The notes beneath the pieces are model-generated. The model did no database searches and was not told the origin of the DNA. It saw only the letters and a program-made list of their open reading frames with translations. The position numbers and the translations under genes were made by a program. From a virus (lineage: Duplodnaviria > Caudoviricetes), in the IMG/VR virus record IMGVR_UViG_3300027985_000723, positions 1-26,055 of that record: a stretch of 26,055 bases of DNA. One strand, 5' to 3'. Of the stretch, positions 8,204 to 16,100 are shown one piece after another. How positions within the stretch are numbered: position 1 is the first letter of the stretch; the number at the start of each line of letters is the position of its first letter.

Positions 8204-9163
8204 ATGCCCCAGACCATTCTCAACACGCGCACGGCACAGGTGATCAGCCCGATCCTGTCGAACCATTCGCGCGGCTATCGCAACGCCTCCTTCGTGTCGC
8301 ACGTCCTTTTCCCGCGCGTCTCGATCCCCAACCGCTCGATGTCGGTCCTGAAGTTCGGCAAGGAAGCATTCCGGAAGCTGAATACCCGCCGTGCACCGGG
8401 CACCAACGTGAAGCGCGTGCAGTACGGCTTCGCCGCCGGCACGGTGTCGCTCGTCCAGGACGCGCTTGAGGGCGTCGTGCCGATCGAGCACCAGCAGGAA
8501 GCCGAGAAGGTCCCGGGGATCGATCTCGCGTCGAACGCGGTCAACATGATCCTCGATGTGGTCGATCTCGGCCTCGAATATGACGCCGCGCAGATCGCGC
8601 GCACCGCTGCGAACTATGACGCCAACCACAAGTTGGCGCTGGTCGGTGCCGACCGCTGGACCAGTTCGACCAGTGATCCGGGCGAAGACATCGGCGATGC
8701 ATCCGAGGTGATCCGGCGGTTCACCGGGCGCCGGCCGAATACGCTGATGCTGGGCCCCACGGCGGCGAAGGCGCTGAAGAACCACGCCAAGATCAAGGAG
8801 CAGTTCAAATACGTCTCCAAGGACTCGATCACGCTCGAGATGCTCGCCGCCTATTTCCAGCTCGAGCGGGTGGTCACCGGCGATGCGGTCTTCCTGCCGG
8901 AGACGGCCGACGACAGCGTGGCCGCGACCGATGTCTGGGGCGACGATGCGATCCTGGCCTGGGTGCCCACCACCGGCGGCAACTACATGGTGCCGTCCTA
9001 TGGCTATACCTACGAGCTGATGGGCTATCCGCAGGTCGAGCAGCCCTATTACGACCGGTCGTCGAAGTCGTGGATCTACCCAACCACGGTCGAGCGCAAG
9101 CCGTATCTGGTGGGCGCCGATGCCGGCTTCCTGTTCCAGAATGCCGGCGCGGCCGCTGCGTAA
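8204..9163 (+). CDS. Major capsid protein (319 aa)
   Basis: PILSNHSRGYRN, FGKEAF...TRRAPG, GRRPNTLMLG and PSYGYTY motifs; size and position fit. Confidence 0.9.
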   Translation: MPQTILNTRTAQVISPILSNHSRGYRNASFVSHVLFPRVSIPNRSMSVLKFGKEAFRKLNTRRAPGTNVKRVQYGFAAGTVSLVQDALEGVVPIEHQQEAEKVPGIDLASNAVNMILDVVDLGLEYDAAQIARTAANYDANHKLALVGADRWTSSTSDPGEDIGDASEVIRRFTGRRPNTLMLGPTAAKALKNHAKIKEQFKYVSKDSITLEMLAAYFQLERVVTGDAVFLPETADDSVAATDVWGDDAILAWVPTTGGNYMVPSYGYTYELMGYPQVEQPYYDRSSKSWIYPTTVERKPYLVGADAGFLFQNAGAAAA

Positions 9164-9173
9164 GGAGGTGGCG

Positions 9174-9575
9174 ATGAGCGAGAAATTCTCAATCCGCCTC
9201 TCGGGGCCGGCGAAAGTCCTGGGCAAGCGCCGTCAGGCCGGTGATGTGGTCGAGGTGGATCGGAATGGCCTCGAGCACCTGATCGCCGCCGGCGTCGTCG
9301 ACGATCGTCCCGCTGAGGGGGTGGCCGAGCAGGTCGCCGAGAAAGACCCCACGCTCTCCATCGAAGCGCTGGAAGCCGAGCGGAGTGCCGCGATCGCGCG
9401 CGCAGTCGAGGCCGAGGCCCAGCGTGACACGCTGCAGGGCCGCCTGCTTGAGCTGCAAGCGCAGATCGATGCTGCGGTGCCCCAGGGCGGAGAAGACACC
9501 CCGATCTCGCAGGAGAGCGATGCCACGAAAAGCACGGCGCAAAAGACGGCGCGTGGTGGCAGTGAGAAGGGCTGA
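9174..9575 (+). CDS. Head-associated protein following the capsid gene (Mu gp35-position; small beta domain, coiled coil and disordered tail), 133 aa
   Basis: SD TAAGGAGG at 9161-9168 supports ATG 9174 rather than 9120; AGDVVEV...LIAAGVV motif typical of post-capsid small proteins. Confidence 0.7.
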   Translation: MSEKFSIRLSGPAKVLGKRRQAGDVVEVDRNGLEHLIAAGVVDDRPAEGVAEQVAEKDPTLSIEALEAERSAAIARAVEAEAQRDTLQGRLLELQAQIDAAVPQGGEDTPISQESDATKSTAQKTARGGSEKG

Positions 9576-9628
9576 AGAGCAGCAGCCCTTCACCGCCGGG
9601 GGCGCGCTCCCTTCGTCGCGTCCCCGGC
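9566..9628 (+). other. Tandem GC-rich hairpins at the junction to the accessory ORFs
   Basis: GAAGGGCTG(9566-74)/CAGCCCTTC(9583-91) and GCCGGGGGCGCG(9595-9606)/CGCGTCCCCGGC(9617-28); no U-tract follows. Confidence 0.5.
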
Positions 9629-9655
9629 ACCAATCCCTCAGCATGGGTGTCCAAC

Positions 9656-9967
9656 ATGAACAGCCTCGAAGTCGGTGATCGCGCAGCCGCTGCCGCGCAG
9701 AGGACCCCGAACCGCGTGACGCTCGACAGCATGATCGAGAAGATCGAGAGTGAGGAATTCCTCAATCCAGAGACGATCCCGCATCTCACGATCTGCGTGC
9801 TGCGGCTGAAGAACGGCTTTTCTCTGGTCGGTACATCCGCGCCGGCGGATGCCGGGAATTTCGATGCCGATCTTGGGCGCAAGTTCGCGCGCGAGGATGC
9901 GATCCGGCAGATGTGGCCGCTCGAAGGCTATCTACTGCGCGAACGCCTGGCATCGGAGGTCATCTGA
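9656..9967 (+). CDS. N4 Gp49 / Sf6 gp66 family protein (candidate Acb4-like nucleotide-signal sponge), 103 aa
   Basis: RVTLDSM...LTICVLRLKNGFSLVGTSA...NFDADLGRKFAREDAIRQMWPLEGYLL is the characteristic Gp49 family pattern. Confidence 0.85.
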   Translation: MNSLEVGDRAAAAAQRTPNRVTLDSMIEKIESEEFLNPETIPHLTICVLRLKNGFSLVGTSAPADAGNFDADLGRKFAREDAIRQMWPLEGYLLRERLASEVI

Positions 9968-10230
9968 TGCACTGGGCCGACATCGTCATCTCCCGTCTTA
10001 TGCTGGCGATCGACTGGTGCGCCGGTTTCCTCGATCTCAGCTTCGAGATCATCGCGATGCCCATCGACCCGCGGGCTCGCTACCCCGGGGGTGAAGACTG
10101 GCGTGCATCGGGCGGCGCAGCGGATGTGCGCCGCCGTATGCACCTGGCGCGCTCTCTCACCGGGCGCCGCGTGGGCGGCATGATCTGCTCTGGCGATCTG
10201 AGCGTCGGGCGCCTGATGCTGGTGGGATGA
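9967..10230 (+). CDS. Hypothetical protein (87 aa)
   Basis: TGATG stop/start overlap with the Gp49 gene; SD GGAGGT at 9955-9960; fills the gap up to gp36. No recognisable family. Confidence 0.55.
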   Translation: MHWADIVISRLMLAIDWCAGFLDLSFEIIAMPIDPRARYPGGEDWRASGGAADVRRRMHLARSLTGRRVGGMICSGDLSVGRLMLVG

Positions 10231-10233
10231 GCG

Positions 10234-10650
10234 ATGTATGCGAGCCTGGATGACCTGATCGAACGCGCGGGCGAGACGGAGATCCTGCAGATCGCCGATC
10301 GCGACGCTGACGGCATCGCCGATCCCGAGGTGATCGAAGCGGCGCTCGTCCACGCCGACAACAAGATCAACTCGTGGGTCGGCGTCAAATATCGCATCCC
10401 CTTGACGGTGGTGCCCGACATCGTGCGCAGCTGGGCGGTGTCGATCGCACGCTATTACCTGCACCGCTATGAGCGGCCGGATTATGTGAAGGACGACTAC
10501 AAGGATGCGATCTACGACCTGAAATCCGTCGCCGAAGGCAAGGCGGCCGTGCCGGGCGCGGCAGGTCTGACGCCGGCGGCGAGCGATCAGGCCGGCACGG
10601 TCCTCGCGGTTCACCCGGCGCCGCATTTTGACCTGCGGGGCTGGCGGTGA
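10234..10650 (+). CDS. Head-tail adaptor, Mu gp36 / DUF1320 (138 aa)
   Basis: MYASLDDLIERAG..E, ADNKINSW...YRIPL, IARYYL and YKDAI..LKSVAEGK motifs. Confidence 0.9.
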   Translation: MYASLDDLIERAGETEILQIADRDADGIADPEVIEAALVHADNKINSWVGVKYRIPLTVVPDIVRSWAVSIARYYLHRYERPDYVKDDYKDAIYDLKSVAEGKAAVPGAAGLTPAASDQAGTVLAVHPAPHFDLRGWR

Positions 10651-11072
10651 CCGATCTTCTGGATCTCGTGAAGGAGCGCCTCGAGGCGCTGGCCCCAGCA
10701 CTCACCTCCGTCGAGGTGATCGAGGACATCGAGGCGATCGCGAAGGGCACACCGGCCGGATCCGGCGCCGCATTCGTCGCCCCGTATCGGGAGCGCGGCA
10801 CTGCCAACGAACTCGCCACGGGATTTCGCCAGCTGATCTGGGTCGAGTTTCTCGTCGCCTTCCAGATCCGCATTGCCGACGACAGCAAGGGCACGGCCCG
10901 GGTCGCGGCCTTTCGCGCCATCAAGGGACAGATCGAAACAGCTCTCGCGGGCTGGCAGCCCACACCCGAGGCCGAGCCGATCTCGCTGATCGGTAGCCAG
11001 GGCGGGCGACTGACGACCGGGGTCAGCACCTATGTGCAGACCTGGGAGACGACGCGATACCTCACGGGTTGA
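10647..11072 (+). CDS. Tail terminator / Mu gp37-like connector (141 aa)
   Basis: GTGA overlap; AAFVAPYRE and ALAGWQP motifs; position after gp36. Confidence 0.75.
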   Translation: MTDLLDLVKERLEALAPALTSVEVIEDIEAIAKGTPAGSGAAFVAPYRERGTANELATGFRQLIWVEFLVAFQIRIADDSKGTARVAAFRAIKGQIETALAGWQPTPEAEPISLIGSQGGRLTTGVSTYVQTWETTRYLTG

Positions 11073-11118
11073 CGCGCTCCGCCACGCGGCCGCATTGTGG
11101 CTGCACTCCAGCGAGAGA

Positions 11119-11168
11119 TGATCCCCGGACCTTGTCCGGGGGTTTCGCATTTCCGGCCATGTCAAACC
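11119..11168 (+). promoter_or_regulatory. Putative activator-dependent late promoter element, copy 2 (upstream of the tail operon)
   Basis: CCCCGGAC-CTT-GTCCGGGG dyad followed by GTTTCGC; 41/50 identical to 6583-6632; intergenic. Confidence 0.65.
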
Positions 11169-11219
11169 TGCATCAGGCGCCCGGCATCCATGTCGGGCCA
11201 CTGATTGTCGAGGTTTGAA

Positions 11220-11402
11220 ATGAGTCGACCGACCACCGGAGGCCGCTGGATCCGCAGCGCCAAGACCGGCGCGCTGACCCGTCAGGACGATGTGGAGACG
11301 AGCACGCCGCCGGCCCAGGCTGATGCCCCGGCCGAGAAACAGCCGAAAACCAAGGCGAGCGACACCGCCATCAATACCGCTGTCGCCAACAAGGAGGGCT
11401 GA
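11220..11402 (+). CDS. Small protein preceding the tail tube gene (60 aa)
   Basis: SD GAGG at 11210-13 before ATG 11220; GGRWIRSAKTGALTR head and a disordered tail. Confidence 0.7.
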   Translation: MSRPTTGGRWIRSAKTGALTRQDDVETSTPPAQADAPAEKQPKTKASDTAINTAVANKEG

Positions 11403-11404
11403 TC

Positions 11405-12331
11405 GTGGCATTTCGTCGTTGGAACAAGCTCGCGATGCTGCACAAGCTGGAAGCCGCCTATGGTGAGCAGGCTGCCCCAAGCGCCGCTGATGCAATCGTC
11501 GCGTCAAACATTACGTTCACCCCGATCGAAGCGGATGAGGTCGAGCGTGACCGGCTGCTCCCCTATCTCGGGAACCAGGGGTCCATTCTCGCCAGTGAAT
11601 ATGGGAAGGTCGAATTCGACATTGAAATGGCCGGCGCCGGCGCTGCCGGTGATGTTCCGCGCTATGGCTCTCTGCTGCGTGTCGCCGGCATGTCGGAAAC
11701 GATCACGGCGAACACCTCCGTCGTCTATCACATCATCGAATCCGATGTGGAGAGCGGCACGCTCATTTTCAATTCTGATGGTGTCGAGCACGTCTTCCTG
11801 GGCGCCCAGACCAACATCGCGATGAACTGGGTTTCAAAGGCGATCCCCAAATTCCGCTTTTCGATGATCGGTCTGCTGGGCGACATCACGGACACGCTTC
11901 TTCCGGCCGTCACAGCCGCTGGCTGGGTCGACCCCATTGTCGCGTCGAAGAAAAACACGACGATGTCGATCCATGGATGGAATGCCGTGGCGGAAAGCCT
12001 GTCGATCGATTTGGGCAACAAGCTCGAGCCGCGTTTCCTGATTGGCGATGAACGCATTGTGATTCCGGATCGCAAGGCTACCGGCAGTGCGGTTGTCGAG
12101 GCGAGGTCCCTTGCGACCATCAACTGGTTCGAGCGCGCCCGGAACAAAACCCGCGGCCTGGTGAAGATGACCCACGGAGAAACCGTTGGGAATATCGTCG
12201 AAGTCGAGTGCTCAGCTGTTGAAATCGGCAAGCCGTCGCAGGGTCAGACGCAAGGGATTGTCAATTATACACTCCCTCTGGCTATCTGTCCGACCGCGGG
12301 CCTCGACGAGCTGACGATCACCGTTCGCTGA
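11405..12331 (+). CDS. Major tail tube protein (308 aa)
   Basis: KLEAAYG, ERDRLLPYLG, PRYGSLLRVAG and SIDLGN motifs; SD AAGGAGG; precedes the chaperones and tape measure. Confidence 0.85.
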   Translation: MAFRRWNKLAMLHKLEAAYGEQAAPSAADAIVASNITFTPIEADEVERDRLLPYLGNQGSILASEYGKVEFDIEMAGAGAAGDVPRYGSLLRVAGMSETITANTSVVYHIIESDVESGTLIFNSDGVEHVFLGAQTNIAMNWVSKAIPKFRFSMIGLLGDITDTLLPAVTAAGWVDPIVASKKNTTMSIHGWNAVAESLSIDLGNKLEPRFLIGDERIVIPDRKATGSAVVEARSLATINWFERARNKTRGLVKMTHGETVGNIVEVECSAVEIGKPSQGQTQGIVNYTLPLAICPTAGLDELTITVR

Positions 12332-12391
12332 CCCCCTGACCGGGCGCCGCGCGCGCCTGGTCTCCCCCCCCCTTTTTCCGGAGACCTGCTC

Positions 12392-12766
12392 ATGAAATTC
12401 ACCCTCGTCGAAGCCCCGACCTTCTGGTGGCCCGTCACCGTCCGCGTCCCCGATCCGGATGCCCCCGGGAAGACCATCGCGCAGGATCTGCGGGTGCAGT
12501 TCACGCCCAAGACCCGCGACGAGGAGATCGCGCTGAATGAGGCATTCGCCGCGTTGACCACGGATCGCGAGCGTGCCGATGCGGAGATCGCGAACTGGCT
12601 CGACATCGTTGTGGGCTGGGACGGTGTCGTCGATGGCAATGGTAATCCCGTTGCCTTTTCGAAGGAAACGCTGCGCGCCGCGCTGCAGTGGCAGTGGTTC
12701 CGCTCTGCCCTTTCGAAGGCTTTCACCGACAGCGCCTTCGGCCTCGAGGCGCAGCGGGGAAACTGA
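12392..12766 (+). CDS. Tail assembly chaperone (lambda gpG analogue, 124 aa)
   Basis: TFWWPVTV.VP and DIVVGWDGV...FSKETL motifs; ends in GN-stop at a slippery site. Confidence 0.85.
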   Translation: MKFTLVEAPTFWWPVTVRVPDPDAPGKTIAQDLRVQFTPKTRDEEIALNEAFAALTTDRERADAEIANWLDIVVGWDGVVDGNGNPVAFSKETLRAALQWQWFRSALSKAFTDSAFGLEAQRGN

Positions 12767-13134
12767 CCGAGGCCGCGCGGGCCTGGGCCTTCGCGCGGCT
12801 CGGCAAGGTCGACGATCGCCAGCCGGTGCGCATCGACCAGAACATCGCTGACCAGTTCGCCCGCTGGGGTGTGCCGGTCCCCACCGATGCGATCAGGGAA
12901 GATGACGGCGACATGTTCGAGGTCTGGGCCAGCAACTGGAGTGCTCTCGTGGCGTTTCTCGCCGTCGAGACCCAGTGGCGCGTCATTGTCGGTGTCGGTG
13001 CTCTGATCTGGCTCGGGCTGGATTATGCCGCCGTCGACGTCGCCTTTCGTCGGCTCGGTATTGGCGATGATGAATTCGCGGCCGTGCAGATGATGGAACT
13101 GGCCGCGCTCGACGTCCTCTCGAGGGCCGATTGA
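12392..13134 (+). CDS. Frameshifted chaperone (gpGT analogue, ~247 aa) with DUF1799-like C-terminus
   Basis: The -1 frame continues LTEAARAWA...FEVWASNW..L..FLAVETQWR...GLDYAAV...MELAAL and has no convincing start of its own. Confidence 0.8.
12757..12803 (+). other. Programmed -1 ribosomal frameshift site (G GGA AAC) with 3' stimulatory hairpin
   Basis: Heptamer 12757-12763 is in X XXY YYZ register just before TGA 12764-66; hairpin CCGA-G-GCCGCGCG(12767-79)/CGCGCGGC-TCGG(12792-803). Confidence 0.85.
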
Positions 13135-16100
13135 TGGCCCAGAATGCAGTGTTCAACGTCTCTCTTGTGTTCCGCTCGGAGATCGAAGCGGCCAAGGCTG
13201 ATATTGCGGCCATCAAGCGTGAGCTTGGCACAGTCAGCACGGCGACCACTGAGGCGGCGAGGGCGACCGATCAGAACACCGTAGCGATCGATCGCGAGGC
13301 TGCGGCGACGGCTAAGGCGACGCAGGAGCAGGAGCGCCTCACCGTCGCGCGCAAACGCTCCGAAGCCACCCAGACGGATACCCAGGCAAAGCCAGCGTTG
13401 CGGGCGATCCCGCAGGGATTGCCAGGCTCTCTCTCCGGTATCGATCCTTCGTCGGGGCTTGCCGGAACGTCATCGGCGACCGCGATAGCGAACACAGCCC
13501 TGTCGTCGTCTTTCCGCCTGATTGGTGCGGATGTCGCCGCAGCTCGCGAGGAAGCAAGCCTCTACCGGCACGAAATTGACGCGGTGCGCGCGCGGTACAA
13601 CCCGCTCTTTGCGGTGTCGCGACAATACGAGATGGAACTGCGGCAGATCGCCGAGGCCGAGGAGATCGGCTGGATCAGTGCGCGCGAGGCATCCGCTGCC
13701 CGCGAGGTGGCTGCCGCACGCATGGCGCCGCTGACGGCCGGCGTGACGAAGCTTGGGACCGCGACGAAACTGACCGCATGGGAAGTCCGCGGTCTTGGGA
13801 TGCAGGCCAGCGACACGATCCAGTCGCTGCTGCTGGGAATGCCGCCGCTGCAGGTTCTGCTGCAGCAGGGTCCGCAGGCTGTCGACCAGATCGGCGGGAT
13901 CGGGCGCGCGCTGACGTTGCTCAAATCAGGGCTTACGCTCCCGCGCATTGCCGTCGCGGCGGCAACTGCCGTCGTGCTCCTCGGTGCCAAGTCCTGGAAC
14001 GATTATCTCAAGTCGACGATCGAGGTGACATCGGCAGCTTCCGGGCTGGGGCGTGCCATGGCCGGCACAGCCGGAGAGATGGAAGCAGCCGCTCAGACTG
14101 GCGCCCACGCGGCCGGGATTTCGGTCAAATCAGCGCGGTCGATGGAGGCCGCGTTTCTGCGGACCGGGAAAATTGGCCATGAGAACTTCGCTCAGCTGAT
14201 CGGGATCTCGAAGGACTTCGCGGCGACGATGGGGATCAGCACCTCTGCCGCCGGTGATGCTCTGGCCGAGATGATGCGGGATCCCGCAAAGGCCGCAGAT
14301 GAGCTCGGCCAGCAATATGGCCTGATCGACGCTGCCACCATGGAGCACGTCAAGAACCTGACGGCGCAGAACCGGCTTCAGGAAGCGCAGGCGGCGCTGA
14401 TCGACGGGATGAATGGGCGATTGGCTGTCGCTCGCCAATCCGTCACGGGCCTCGCGAGTGCCTGGGATAGCGTCAAGGTCGCCGCGTCGAACGCGTTTGA
14501 CGAGGCCGGTAAGGTTATCGATCAGGCGATCAGCGGTGCATCGTCGGATGACAAGATCGCCGCCTATGAGCGCGCTCTGCAGCAGCTCAGGTCAACGCCG
14601 GCGTTTCAGGCTGCTCAATCCGGCGACAAGGGATTTTTCGCAGGTCGGGCGCTGGCATCGGAGCAGAATATTCTTGGCCTGCTCGATCCCCTCTATCGTG
14701 AGAGAGAACAGAAACGGCTGGAGGCGGAGCAGGATGCTGCCAAGCAACGCGGAATCGCGGCGTCCTCCATTGCTGATGCGTCTGGCGTCAACGCGACTGC
14801 CAAACGAATGCAGGATCTGCGCAACCAGATCGATGTGCTTCGCCGCGGCCTTGACGGCAATACCGGCCTCGGCGATCGGCAGCGTGACCGGATTACTGCA
14901 GACCTTGAGGCGAAAACGCGCATCCTCGAGGCGCTGCATACCCGCGAGACGCGGCAGGCCGAACTCGACCGGCTCGATATCCGGATCCAGACCGAACGTA
15001 ATCCGCTGCTGCGAGCCGAGCTCGAGGCGCGTCGGACGCTCCTGCAGATGGCCGATCAGGAGGTATCGAATACGGAGATCGGTTTGGCGGCGGATCGCGC
15101 ACGCAACCAGGTCATTGCCCAGACGATCTCTGGGGCAGCCAGCCAGGCCAGCGCGATGTCGACAGAGGCCGAGATCCGCGGTCAGCTCAACACGAAGATC
15201 GCCGCCGGCACGGTCGCAGCGGCAGAGGCAGATGCCTGGATGCAGCGCGAGCTGGCGATGCGGCCGCTGCTGGCAGCCGCCGCGATCGCTGAAGGCGAGG
15301 AAAAGTCGGCTCTGGAAGAGCAGATCCGCAAGCTCGGGGCGGCTTATGATGATCTAGCCAAGGTTCGCCGAGAGGCAGCGATTATTTCAGATGCGAAGGC
15401 GAGTCAGGACCGGCTCTCGGATCTGCGGCTCGAAACCGATCTGATCGGTCGGACCTCGGCCGAGCGTATTCGGGCGCAAGCTGCGGCGGCAGCTGAACGC
15501 TGGATCCGGGATCAGGGACCCGACCTGTCGCCGGTGGATGCCGAGGACAAGCGGCGACGCGCCGCCGACGAGGCCGAAGCACAGATCCAACGGGACCGAA
15601 TGCAGCACACCGATGAGCTGCGCAGGGCTCAGCAAGATGCAACATATGCTGCTGCAGCTCGTCTTGCCGCAACGCCCGTGGCACGCGCCAATATCGAGGC
15701 CGAGAGGGAATACGCGCGCGCCCTGGCCGAAACAGGTGATGCCCAGGAAGCGGCCGCGCGGGCTGATCTAGTCCGTAGTCAGGCGATGTCCGAGCTGCGC
15801 GCGACGGTGCAGGACTATGTCCGCGCCCAAGACGAACAGATCGCTCGGTCGCGGCTCGAGGCATCTCTGGCAGGGCAGTCGGCTGCAGTCCACGCCCAGG
15901 CGATAGCTGCCTACGAAGCCGAACTCTACATTCGCCAACAGGGGATCGATGCGAACAGTGCCGAAGCGGCGCAACTGCGAGAAAATGCGCGGCTGATCGG
16001 TGATGCGCAGCTCAAGACGGAACGGCTTACGGAAGCGTGGAGCGCGGTCGGCAAGGCTGGCGAAAATGCGATTGACGGGATGTTTGGCGCCTTGCGCAAG

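Noticed and set aside
12688-12756. Track start of the 148-aa ORF at 12688
   Set aside because: The N-terminal part is an out-of-frame overlap; the conserved part begins at the slippery site and is better explained by a -1 frameshift.
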